Shown: positions 10,621 to 19,476 of the stretch, piece after piece
How the letters are laid out: each line of letters starts with the position of its first letter
Position numbering within the stretch: position 1 is the first letter of the stretch
Assembly: GCA_945865565.1 (NCBI GenBank)
Contig: CAMBEK010000004.1
Span: forward strand, 24,714 to 88,713
DNA from: Pseudobacteriovorax antillogorgiicola
Lineage (GTDB): Bacteria; Bdellovibrionota_B; Oligoflexia; Oligoflexales; RGVZ01
Direction of reading: 5' to 3'
Length of the DNA stretch: 64,000 bases
The notes under the pieces: generated by a model
What the model saw: only the letters and a program-made list of their open reading frames with translations
What the model was told of the DNA's origin: nothing
Database searches by the model: none
Translations under genes and position numbers: made by a program

Positions 10621-11841
10621 TTATCTAGCGGCCATCACCAATCGATAAAAGCGATCAAAAAGGTATCGTGAGTCATGTGGTCCGGGCGATGCCTCGGGGT
10701 GGTGTTGAACCGAGAAAGCCCGCAACGCCTCTGAAGCAATTCCCTCGACCGTCAAGTCGTTCAAGTTGAAATGAGAGATAGTCGCGCTTTTATCGGGGAG
10801 TTTTTCCATGGAAGCCCGGTCGACCGCAAATCCGTGATTCTGTACCGTGATCTCCACCTTGCCGGTCGATTGATCACTGACTGGATGATTTCCACCACGG
10901 TGCCCGAATTTCAACTTGTACGTCTTTCCACCGAGGGCTTGCGCCAGAATTTGATGACCCAGACAGATACCAAAAACAGGGACCTTACCCAGGATCTCGC
11001 GCACTGGTGTAACAACATAATCGAGCGTTGCCGGGTCCCCGGGTCCGTTTGACAAAAAAACACCGTCAGGACCAAGCGCCATGATGTCTGCCGCGATTGT
11101 GCCCGCCGGCACCACCGTTACGCGAAAGCCAACATCGACAAGAAGTCTGAGTATGGTTGTCTTGATGCCGCAATCGACCGCGACCACATGGGGCCTGGAG
11201 GTCGAAGCTGGCGCTGACTGCGACGTGGATTTTTCAGGCGAGAGGCGGCGTCGATTGCCGTGCTCCAGACTCCATGGCAAGTAATCCCACGTGTACGGCT
11301 CCTTGCAGGTGACGTGCTTCACGTAATCTTTGCCCTCCATGGAACCCGCGGCCCGAGCCTGGTCCACAAGGTCATCCGGATCAACCCTGACGCCGCCAGC
11401 CATCATCGCCATCTGAGCGCCGCGCGTGCGGAGGATCGTCACCAGTTCCCTGGTGTCAATCCCCTCAATACCCATCACTCCGTGCTGCGCGAGATATTCC
11501 GGCAGAGCGATCGTTGCGCGGAAGTTCGATGGAGACTTGTGCGCCGCGCGGACAACCAGACCTTCCGCGTGGACCCGGGTGGACTCCTCGTCCTCCTCGT
11601 TGCATCCGACATTTCCGATGTGCGGATACGAAAAGGTCATGATCTGGCCGGCGTAACTCGGGTCGGTCAGGATCTCCTGATATCCGTACATCGAGGTGTT
11701 GAACACCAACTCGCCGCTAACTGGATCGTCTGCGCCCCGCAGAGCACCGAAACACCGGCCCTTGAAGACGGTGCCGTCGGAGAGGGCCAGATAACCAACT
11801 TCTCCGGTGGCTTGTCGCGCTGGATCGCGTTTGCTCTTCAT
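10621..11841 (-). CDS. carA: Carbamoyl-phosphate synthase small (glutaminase) subunit
   Basis: 406 aa. GATase nucleophile in FGICLGHQ and [13 protein letters not shown] near the C-terminus. Confidence 0.96.
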   Translation of the reverse strand: MKSKRDPARQATGEVGYLALSDGTVFKGRCFGALRGADDPVSGELVFNTSMYGYQEILTDPSYAGQIMTFSYPHIGNVGCNEEDEESTRVHAEGLVVRAAHKSPSNFRATIALPEYLAQHGVMGIEGIDTRELVTILRTRGAQMAMMAGGVRVDPDDLVDQARAAGSMEGKDYVKHVTCKEPYTWDYLPWSLEHGNRRRLSPEKSTSQSAPASTSRPHVVAVDCGIKTTILRLLVDVGFRVTVVPAGTIAADIMALGPDGVFLSNGPGDPATLDYVVTPVREILGKVPVFGICLGHQILAQALGGKTYKLKFGHRGGNHPVSDQSTGKVEITVQNHGFAVDRASMEKLPDKSATISHFNLNDLTVEGIASEALRAFSVQHHPEASPGPHDSRYLFDRFYRLVMAAR

Positions 11842-11866
11842 TGGCCTGACCCTTAAATTTTTTTAT

Positions 11867-11890
11867 TTCAACTTCAAAAAATTCAACTTC
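11867..11890. repeat. 9-bp direct repeat in the pyrC-carA intergenic spacer
   Basis: TTCAACTTC (11867-11875), AAAAAA, TTCAACTTC (11882-11890). On the coding strand this reads GAAGTTGAA-T6-GAAGTTGAA, about 25 nt upstream of the carA start. Confidence 0.6.
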
Positions 11891-11895
11891 CAGAA

Positions 11896-13206
11896 TTACT
11901 TGAGCAAATCCGCGACTAGTCCGCCGTCAGCGACCACCTGTTTTCCACCGACGAAAACGTGTTGTGTGGCTCCAACCAGCTTGCGACCGAGGAACGGGCT
12001 GTTCTTTGACTTCGATCGAATTGACTCCTCCGAGAAGAGCCACTCGCGCCGCGGATCCAGCACCACCACATCGGCCGCGCTTCCAGGCCTGAGCGTCCCA
12101 TAAGGAAGTCCAAAAGCCCGTGCCGGGCCAGAACACAAAAGGTCAACCATGCGTGTTCGCGAGATCGCGCCAGCAAGACACATCTCCACCGCCAGCGGCA
12201 AACTTGTTTGCAATCCGAGGATTCCAACAGTCGCCCTCGAAAACTCAACCTGTTTGCTGTCGCGGTCGTGCGGCGCGTGGTCACTGGCAATGGCGTCAAT
12301 AGTGCCGTCGGCAAGGCCCGCAAACAACCCCTTGACGTCCTCGCTTGCTTTCAAAGGCGGCATCATCTTGCAGTTGGTGTCGTATCCGACAACCGATTCC
12401 TCGTTCAAGAGCAGGTGATGCGGGGCGACTTCGCACGTGATTTCGATCCCGTCGTTCTTTGCGCGGCGAATCAAATCAACGCCACGCGCAGTTGAAACAT
12501 GGCAGATGTGAACTTTACCCTTGGTAAATCGCGCGAGCTCGATGTCGCGCGCAATCATCACATCCTCGGCGACTCCAGGAAACCCCTTTAGCCCCATACG
12601 CAGCGACAAAGGCGACTCATTCATACACCCGCCGCAACTCAAATTGCGATCTTCCTCGTGGCAGGCGATTGGCAGCCCGAGCATAAGGCACCATTCGAGC
12701 GCGCGCCGCATCAAACCGGCGTCTGCAACCGGATCGCCGTCGTCGGAAAACGCGACGCAACCGGCCTTTGCTAGTTCGGAGTAGGGGGCAAGGTTCTTGC
12801 CCTTGCGCTCCATCGAAACCGCGCCAATCGGCAGGACACGCGCCGCGCCGGCAGCCCGGGCCTTTTCAAGGATGTAACGGGTGATCTCAGCCGAATCGTT
12901 CGCCGGTTTCGTATTGGGCATGCAACAGATCGCGGTGTAGCCACCCAGAACTGCGGCTTCTGCCCCGGTCTGTACGGTCTCTTTCCACTCTTCGCCAGGC
13001 TCGCGCAAGTGGACGTGAAGGTCTACGCATCCCGGCATCACCCATTTTCCAGAAGCATCAACGCGCCGGACATCCCCGGCAGAGCGGAAGGCACCCGGCG
13101 CCTCAATCGCTTCGACAAGGCCGTGTCGAACAAGGACGTCGAAATTGCCATCAAGCCCTGTCGCCGCATCGATAACGTGTCCGCCCTCAATCACTACTGG
13201 CTGCAA
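11896..13206 (-). CDS. pyrC: Dihydroorotase
   Basis: 436 aa. Metal-binding DLHVHLREPG and SDHAPH motifs. Located between pyrB and carA. Confidence 0.93.
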   Translation of the reverse strand: MQPVVIEGGHVIDAATGLDGNFDVLVRHGLVEAIEAPGAFRSAGDVRRVDASGKWVMPGCVDLHVHLREPGEEWKETVQTGAEAAVLGGYTAICCMPNTKPANDSAEITRYILEKARAAGAARVLPIGAVSMERKGKNLAPYSELAKAGCVAFSDDGDPVADAGLMRRALEWCLMLGLPIACHEEDRNLSCGGCMNESPLSLRMGLKGFPGVAEDVMIARDIELARFTKGKVHICHVSTARGVDLIRRAKNDGIEITCEVAPHHLLLNEESVVGYDTNCKMMPPLKASEDVKGLFAGLADGTIDAIASDHAPHDRDSKQVEFSRATVGILGLQTSLPLAVEMCLAGAISRTRMVDLLCSGPARAFGLPYGTLRPGSAADVVVLDPRREWLFSEESIRSKSKNSPFLGRKLVGATQHVFVGGKQVVADGGLVADLLK

Positions 13207-13211
13207 CTCTC

Positions 13212-14177
13212 TTACCTCCCCAACGACATCGTTCGTGATTCCACCGACCCGGCGAGAATGGACAGGACCGCCATCCGAACGGCCACTCCGTTGTTCACCT
13301 GCCGCAGAACGAGCGATCTTGGCCCGTCTGCAACTTCACCCGAAATCTCGGTCCCGCGATTCAGTGGACCGGGGTGCAACACGACGCTTCTTGGCGCGTG
13401 ACGCATCAGCAGCCGCTCTGACAAGCAGTATTCTTTGCTGTATTCATCCAGATTGGGGACGAAATTCTGATCTTGCCTCTCAAGTTGCATCCGCAAGCAC
13501 ACAACAACGTCCAGGTCCTGCAGTCCCTCGGCCAGATTGTGGACGACCGAGACATCATCACTCCCAAATACCTTGATGAAATCAGCGGGCACCAGTGTCG
13601 GGGGGCCGATCAAACGAATCTTGTTGCCCAGGGCCAGATGAGCCCAGACGTTACTCCGGGCCACGCGTGAGTGGCGAACGTCTCCGACAAAGCCGACACG
13701 CAGCCCCTCCAGGCCGCGTCCCTCTGCAGCAAAGTGCTGCCGGATGGTTAATAGATCTAGCAGCGCCTGGGTCGGATGCTCGTGCGCCCCGTCGCCAGCG
13801 TTGACGACCGCAGTCCTGGTCAAGTGCTTCGCCACAAAATGCGGGGCACCGCTCTCTGAATGGCGAATCACGAGGACGTCGGGATTCATCGACTCGATGG
13901 TACGTACGGTGTCGAGAAGGGTTTCACCCTTCTGCATGGAACTTGAACTGGCATTGACGTTGATCGTATCCGCCGAGAGTCTTTTGCCGGCGATGTCGAA
14001 ACTAGCGAGGGTGCGGGTGCTGGGCTCGAAGAAGATGTTGACGACTGTCTTGCCGCGAAGGTCCGGGACTTTTTTGTTGTCGCGTTCTGAAACTTCCACA
14101 AAAGCCTGAGCAACGTCGAGGTACCGAAAGATATCGACTTTGGAAAGCCCGGTCATGCCTAGCAAGTGGTCGGTCAT
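13212..14177 (-). CDS. pyrB: Aspartate carbamoyltransferase catalytic subunit
   Basis: The track ORF extends to 14276. The homologous N-terminus begins at MTDHLLGMTGLSKVDI (ATG at 14177). Motifs FFEPSTRT, HEHPTQALLD and HPGPLNRG are present. Confidence 0.93.
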   Translation of the reverse strand: MTDHLLGMTGLSKVDIFRYLDVAQAFVEVSERDNKKVPDLRGKTVVNIFFEPSTRTLASFDIAGKRLSADTINVNASSSSMQKGETLLDTVRTIESMNPDVLVIRHSESGAPHFVAKHLTRTAVVNAGDGAHEHPTQALLDLLTIRQHFAAEGRGLEGLRVGFVGDVRHSRVARSNVWAHLALGNKIRLIGPPTLVPADFIKVFGSDDVSVVHNLAEGLQDLDVVVCLRMQLERQDQNFVPNLDEYSKEYCLSERLLMRHAPRSVVLHPGPLNRGTEISGEVADGPRSLVLRQVNNGVAVRMAVLSILAGSVESRTMSLGR

Positions 14178-14310
14178 CGAATAAGGAGTAAACCTCTTTC
14201 GCTGGAGTTTGGCAAGAGCAGCCAGGCCTTTTTGGATTGACACCAAATGGCCCGAAGGTGCACAACAAAAACGCACTGCATTTTTTCATCAAAACTAGCT
14301 GAGAAACGCT

Positions 14311-15558
14311 GTGGCTGACGGACCAAGATGGGGAATCATCGGTGACGGGCAACTCGCCCGCATGTTGGCCATCGAAGCCTGTGCGATGGGCATTCGCCCC
14401 GTCGTGCTGACTTCAGATCCGGACAGCCCCGCAGCACAGGTGTCGCCACTTCAAGTTCCCGGCAAACTCAACAACTGTGATGACCTGCGCACGCTCCTGA
14501 ATCAAGTAGACGGCGCCGTGATCGAGAGCGAGTTCATCGACTGCGATGCCCTTGAAGCGACTGGCCTCGCGCACAAGGTTTTCCCTGCCATCACGGCCAT
14601 CAAGGTCCTTCAAAACAAACTCCAACAAAAGAAACTTTTGCGGACGATCGGGTTGTTGACGGCCGATTTTTACGAAGCACCAAAGGATGCTGATTCTGAT
14701 GCGCTGCGCGACTGGTTCCGCACGATCTCAGATAACGGAACGAAGCCCATCGTTTTGAAATTCGCTACCCTGGGCTACGACGGCAAAGGGGTTCTGGTGT
14801 TGGATGGCCAAGGATCCTCCGACCTTGCGCGCGCTGCGAACTTTATCGATCTCGCACAACAACGCGGCATTCGGGTTTTTGCCGAAGATAAAATCCCATT
14901 CGAGAAAGAACTGGCCATGATTGCTGTCCGTGGCCGGGACGGTAGTGTGAAAACGTGGCCTCTGGTGATTTCCGAGCAGCGTCAAGGCATCTGCGAAAAG
15001 GTCATGGGGCCTGCCACGCGCCTTGGCGTTCGTTCCAACTATGAGAACCAGGCGCGCGCGGCCTGCGAGAGCATTGGTGCGCAGATAAAAATCACTGGTG
15101 TGTACGCCCTGGAATTTTTTCTGACGGGAGACGGACACCTCTTCGTAAACGAGATCGCCCCGCGCGTTCATAACAGCGGCCATTACACACAAGACGCCGG
15201 ATGCGCATCACAGTTTCAAAACCACTGGCGCGCAGTGTTGAGCTTGCCTCTCGGCAATACGACAACGGGCCCCGGTTTTTTTGCAATGCAAAACCTCCTG
15301 GGTCCGCCTGGATCGCCAACCTCTGAGAGCGTCCCGCCATCGGGTTCCCAGCCAGCAATCACCATCCATTGGTACGGCAAGAAAACCAGTTCGCCGGGGC
15401 GAAAACTCGGCCACGTCAATGGCTACACTCCTGATTTTCAGGCGAGGGATGAAGTCCTGTCGGCTCTTCAGGAGACCCGAAGGAAGTGGCAGGAAGATCA
15501 GATGCACCAGAACAAAGCCTTGATGGCACAGAGGGGTAACGATCGTGACAACAACTGA
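14311..15558 (+). CDS. purK: N5-carboxyaminoimidazole ribonucleotide synthase
   Basis: 415 aa ATP-grasp protein with GYDGKG and NEIAPRVHNSGH, carrying a C-terminal extension of about 40 aa. It overlaps purE by 14 nt. Confidence 0.9.
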   Translation: MADGPRWGIIGDGQLARMLAIEACAMGIRPVVLTSDPDSPAAQVSPLQVPGKLNNCDDLRTLLNQVDGAVIESEFIDCDALEATGLAHKVFPAITAIKVLQNKLQQKKLLRTIGLLTADFYEAPKDADSDALRDWFRTISDNGTKPIVLKFATLGYDGKGVLVLDGQGSSDLARAANFIDLAQQRGIRVFAEDKIPFEKELAMIAVRGRDGSVKTWPLVISEQRQGICEKVMGPATRLGVRSNYENQARAACESIGAQIKITGVYALEFFLTGDGHLFVNEIAPRVHNSGHYTQDAGCASQFQNHWRAVLSLPLGNTTTGPGFFAMQNLLGPPGSPTSESVPPSGSQPAITIHWYGKKTSSPGRKLGHVNGYTPDFQARDEVLSALQETRRKWQEDQMHQNKALMAQRGNDRDNN

Positions 15559-16090
15559 CGACAAGGGCATCAGAAAGGTCGCACAGGAAGACGAGCGGTC
15601 GCCACCGGTTGTCGGGATCGTAATGGGGAGCGAAACCGACCTGGCGTGGATGCAGCAATCGGCAGACGCCCTGAAAAAATTTGGCGTCGCCTATGAGATG
15701 CGGGTCATCTCCGCGCACAGGACGCCTGGTCTCGTCTCCGAATACGGCGCTTCCGCTCGGTCGCGCGGCATTCAGGTGATCATTGCCGGGGCCGGAGGCG
15801 CCGCGCATCTTCCAGGGATGATCGCAGCTCAAACCATCGTTCCCGTGATTGGAGTTCCATGTCCCGTTGGTTCCATGCGAGGTGAAGACGCGCTCTGGTC
15901 CATCGTTCAAATGCCAAAGGGAGTTCCTGTCGCGACGGTGGCAATCGGTGGCGGATGGAATGCCGGGGTTCTGGCCGCGCAAATCATGGCCACCAGTCAT
16001 TCAGAAAATTCGATGGTCATCGCGGAAAAACTCGGCGCCTATAAGTCCGAAATGACCTCTGCCGTCGCCCGCATGAACGACAATCTTTGA
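15545..16090 (+). CDS. purE: N5-CAIR mutase
   Basis: 181 aa. Motifs VGIVMGSETD, SAHRTP and IIAGAGGAAHLPGM. Confidence 0.95.
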   Translation: MTTTDDKGIRKVAQEDERSPPVVGIVMGSETDLAWMQQSADALKKFGVAYEMRVISAHRTPGLVSEYGASARSRGIQVIIAGAGGAAHLPGMIAAQTIVPVIGVPCPVGSMRGEDALWSIVQMPKGVPVATVAIGGGWNAGVLAAQIMATSHSENSMVIAEKLGAYKSEMTSAVARMNDNL

Positions 16091-16118
16091 TAAACTGCCG
16101 AACTTGGCTGCGCCTGCG

Positions 16119-16174
16119 CATCGCCGGTAGCTTTGGTTGATGCGCCAGATTTAACCTCATTGCCTGTCAATTGC
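16119..16174 (+). repeat. Copy B of the 56-nt direct repeat (partner at 7314-7369)
   Basis: Lies in the 271-nt non-coding gap after purE. See copy A for the alignment. Confidence 0.75.
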
Positions 16175-16361
16175 CTGGACGCCGCATAGCCATTCAACAT
16201 GTAATCCTGCCTAAATTGTATGCAACCCATCGAAAGCATTAACTTAATCGAGTAGCAACCCCACGGAATTATTGAACTATCACATTTTCTTATGGAATGG
16301 CCCCCTCTGGCATCCGGTTTGCACTAATGCAGACACAGGTAGAGATCAAAAAGGGGGATTT

Positions 16362-17045
16362 ATGAAACTCGTTAAGGTTTTAGCCATTGCGGGTACCATC
16401 GCAGGGCTCACGATTAACTCAGGGACAGCGTTTGCCAAGCGCGATCGGCGCGAGGGATTCAATTTTGGATCCAGCGTCCGCATCATCACCAACAATGACC
16501 GGACTTACGGCGACCAAACAAGCGGTGTCGACGGCACGACCAAGTCCAGCTCGCAGAGCTACAATCCGTTCGTCGCCTATTCCAATGGGCTGCTGAACCT
16601 GGGCCTTACGGCTCACGTTGAGTCCGCGGACACAGCGACGACCGAACAGCAGAAAGCCACCGGCCAGATTGTGGACCGTAAATCGAGCACCGACGTCAAG
16701 GGGACGAGCGTTTTTGGACGCTTCCTGTTCGGTAAGGTCATGTTCTTTGAACTCGGCCTTGGCATCTACAAGCAAAAAGTCACGGTGAATAACCAATACA
16801 CCAACATGTCCGGCAGCGGGTCATTTAGTGGAAATAGCGACTCGTACACCCTGGACAGCGCAGGCCCTGGCTACCACATGGGTGCAGGCCTGGAACTACC
16901 GATCGCCGACGGCTTCTACTTTACCACCAGCTACCTCGTGCGGATTTTCCAGCTGCGTGATATCTCTGACGGCTCACTTGGCGCAAAGCGCGCTTACGAG
17001 CAGAAGCGTGAACTGACCTTCGGCTTGGAGCATTATCTGAACTAA
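16362..17045 (+). CDS. Outer-membrane beta-barrel protein (function unknown)
   Basis: ATG at 16362 is preceded by AAGGGGGA. Signal peptide MKLVKVLAIAGTIAGLTINSGTAFA. The rest is Gly/Ser/Thr/aromatic-rich with alternating pattern. The track start at 16272 is unlikely. Confidence 0.65.
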   Translation: MKLVKVLAIAGTIAGLTINSGTAFAKRDRREGFNFGSSVRIITNNDRTYGDQTSGVDGTTKSSSQSYNPFVAYSNGLLNLGLTAHVESADTATTEQQKATGQIVDRKSSTDVKGTSVFGRFLFGKVMFFELGLGIYKQKVTVNNQYTNMSGSGSFSGNSDSYTLDSAGPGYHMGAGLELPIADGFYFTTSYLVRIFQLRDISDGSLGAKRAYEQKRELTFGLEHYLN

Positions 17046-17085
17046 GAGTGGCAAACCGCCACACAGGAAAAGTACCCCCTCTACC

Positions 17086-17454
17086 ATGAACCTGTACGAT
17101 CAAGTTTGTCAGCAAGTTGGCCAGACCCAGATTGAGAAAATAGTCCGCTCGTTTTACGAGCGGGCTTTTTTTGATGGGATCATTGGCCATTTCTTTTTCG
17201 GGCTGGACCACGAAAGCCTCATCGCCAAACAAACCGCCTTTACCATTGCCCTCCTGGGCGGTCCTTCTGACTACAAGGGAAAGCCCCTTGTGGCGGTTCA
17301 CAAGTCCCTCGGGATCAACAATGCCCACTTTGGCCGTCGCCAGGTCATCATGGGAGAGGTTCTCTCCCAGCATAAAGTTCCGCCTGACCTCGCTGCTGCC
17401 TGGCTCGAACTTGAAGAACGCCTGCGCCCCCTTATCACGGGCTCGCCCAAGTGA
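17086..17454 (+). CDS. Truncated haemoglobin (2-on-2 globin, group I-like)
   Basis: 122 aa. Aligns by eye to trHbN: FYERAF (B10 Tyr), LIAKQTAF, LLGGPSDYKGKPL, proximal His in VAVHKSLGI. Confidence 0.8.
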   Translation: MNLYDQVCQQVGQTQIEKIVRSFYERAFFDGIIGHFFFGLDHESLIAKQTAFTIALLGGPSDYKGKPLVAVHKSLGINNAHFGRRQVIMGEVLSQHKVPPDLAAAWLELEERLRPLITGSPK

Positions 17455-18206
17455 GGGCTTGGCTTCTCGCCGAAGGCGGACTTCTCATCACCGCAACAGG
17501 CACAGCGTCGTTCCAACATCCCTGGACCTCGGCCGTCACCCGCCTCATCGCCGGCGTCAATGCCACTTTTGGGGAAGAACGTTATCGCTATCTGAGGCGT
17601 CGGATTTTTTGCGACGGTGAAATCTCAACCTGGGACCGCAACCTCGTCAAAGTATGCGCAAAACGAATCACCCAGTGTGACAATTCTACAGAAGATTACG
17701 CGGCCCTGGTCACCTCCGCCACGCGAGTGGTCGACGTCGGCCTGGATCTGCTCGCCGACGAAGATTCCGAACGTTGCAGCCAAGCCATCGGCTCCCTCTC
17801 CCCCATGACTCCAAGGGATGCCATGATTCTGACGGCACAACTCGCTTCGAGTGAGCAGCAGAAATTCTCAGGAGCTAAATTGCATCAGGCACCACGCAGC
17901 GTTGCCTGCATCCTGCTTGATCCCAGTGGTCAAATCCTTGGTGCGAACGTCAACACCAACGCTGGATCGCAACTACGCCATGCAGAGGTCAACCTGCTCC
18001 TGAGCCTGGCTAAACGGGGGATGACATGTATTCCAGACGGCGCCACCCTGTTTACATCGCTAAAGCCATGCCGGATGTGCGCTACAGCGCTCGTTCCCCA
18101 CGTCGAATCCAGATCGCTGCGCATCATCGCCCTCAATGATGATCCAGGGCCCCACGGCCGGCACCAGATGCTGGCCAGCTCCTTGCAAGTCGTTTCCCTT
18201 TCCTGA
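17451..18206 (+). CDS. Two-domain zinc deaminase (cytidine/nucleotide deaminase fold, Bd3614-like)
   Basis: 251 aa. The GTG start at 17451 overlaps the globin stop TGA (17452-17454). The C-terminal ~100 aa carry H-A-E (17979-17987) and P-C-R-M-C (18066-18080), the deaminase zinc-ligand pair. I do not recognise the N-terminal ~145 aa. Confidence 0.7.
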   Translation: MRAWLLAEGGLLITATGTASFQHPWTSAVTRLIAGVNATFGEERYRYLRRRIFCDGEISTWDRNLVKVCAKRITQCDNSTEDYAALVTSATRVVDVGLDLLADEDSERCSQAIGSLSPMTPRDAMILTAQLASSEQQKFSGAKLHQAPRSVACILLDPSGQILGANVNTNAGSQLRHAEVNLLLSLAKRGMTCIPDGATLFTSLKPCRMCATALVPHVESRSLRIIALNDDPGPHGRHQMLASSLQVVSLS

Positions 18207-18217
18207 CAGAGGGGCTA

Positions 18218-19453
18218 ATGCACAAATTTCGTTTCGCCATTTTTTTCGTGATGATTCTTGACTGTGAAAGAGCTTTTGCCACCGACTGTTCCAGCGGATG
18301 GGAATCGTACTCCTCGGAACCATACCAACAGTTGGCGATGCCCGATACCAACGTCAAATACTGGCGCTACCGTTTTCAGGTCGATGGAAAAAAAACAATG
18401 TACCTAAAGGTCAGCGGAGAATTCCCATCAGCTCGCTATATGAATTTTGCGGTTTACGATCAGAGAACGATGAACGCGACGACGACACTTTCCGATTTCA
18501 GCATCAATCCCGACGATGGTTCTACAAACCCGTTTGCAAATCCCTACGCTAATAAATACGGACCACGCGACGGGCCTGATCAAGGCAAAGGGAAGTATCG
18601 ATTCGCCCTGATCCAAAAAGGTGCTGCCGTGCCCGGATGGGCTAATGCCAACGCCATACAAGTCCCAAGCCCACGGGATCCAGAAGAAACAAAAGCCGCT
18701 GAGTTGTGGCACCGTATGTACCTGCCAGACACAATACCAGAAGTAACGGAGGAAGGGTCCAATGCGATGCCCACCGCCAGCCTACCCAACATCCAATCGG
18801 TCGACGAGGATGGAAACAGCATGCCATGCCCTGTGGCAGTGAAAATTTCCCCGAGGCTATGGAGTGCCTTTAAAAATATGCCCCCGGCAGATCCGAGCGG
18901 AAAGATCATCTTCTACGCATCATCTACAGACGCCTTTTATGCAAATCCAGACACCAAATATTTGGCGGCGGCCTTGAACTTAACCAATGGGGATGTTGCA
19001 GTCATTCGATTCAAGGCTCCCCGTGCAACAGGATCCGCCAGAAAAACTGGTGAAATCCTTCCACATTGGGATGTCCGGTACTGGTCCATTTGCATTAGCG
19101 GCATCGACACGAGAACTTCTGGCTGCATTTCTGACCGTGACACCAAAGTAGATCCAGACGGGTTTGTAAATTTAGTCATCGGCACGGAATCCATGCGAAA
19201 CGCAGCAAAACAGCACCATTTTAATTTTCTAGAAAAAGGCCGTTTTCACCGGTCTTTGATCATCTACAGAAACCTGCTCCCCGAAAAAGAATTCAAGGGA
19301 AACTTCAACCTCGTCTCCTCAACGACTGACAAGAAAGCGACCATCAAAGATGCCGCTGAAAACTACATCGGCGAATATGCCCCTTTTGGCCAGATCTGTA
19401 GCCAGCGGGATTTTTTTGAAACGACCTGCGGTATGCAGGCCAACATCCAATAA
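18218..19453 (+). CDS. Secreted hypothetical protein
   Basis: 411 aa with a hydrophobic N-terminus (MHKFRFAIFFVMIL...AFA). Weak resemblance to YWS-containing motifs of DUF1254/DUF1214-type secreted proteins (RYMNFAVYD, RYWSICISG), not verified. It starts 11 nt after the deaminase gene. Confidence 0.6.
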   Translation: MHKFRFAIFFVMILDCERAFATDCSSGWESYSSEPYQQLAMPDTNVKYWRYRFQVDGKKTMYLKVSGEFPSARYMNFAVYDQRTMNATTTLSDFSINPDDGSTNPFANPYANKYGPRDGPDQGKGKYRFALIQKGAAVPGWANANAIQVPSPRDPEETKAAELWHRMYLPDTIPEVTEEGSNAMPTASLPNIQSVDEDGNSMPCPVAVKISPRLWSAFKNMPPADPSGKIIFYASSTDAFYANPDTKYLAAALNLTNGDVAVIRFKAPRATGSARKTGEILPHWDVRYWSICISGIDTRTSGCISDRDTKVDPDGFVNLVIGTESMRNAAKQHHFNFLEKGRFHRSLIIYRNLLPEKEFKGNFNLVSSTTDKKATIKDAAENYIGEYAPFGQICSQRDFFETTCGMQANIQ

Positions 19454-19476
19454 AAATTAGGCCAGGATTGGAACAC

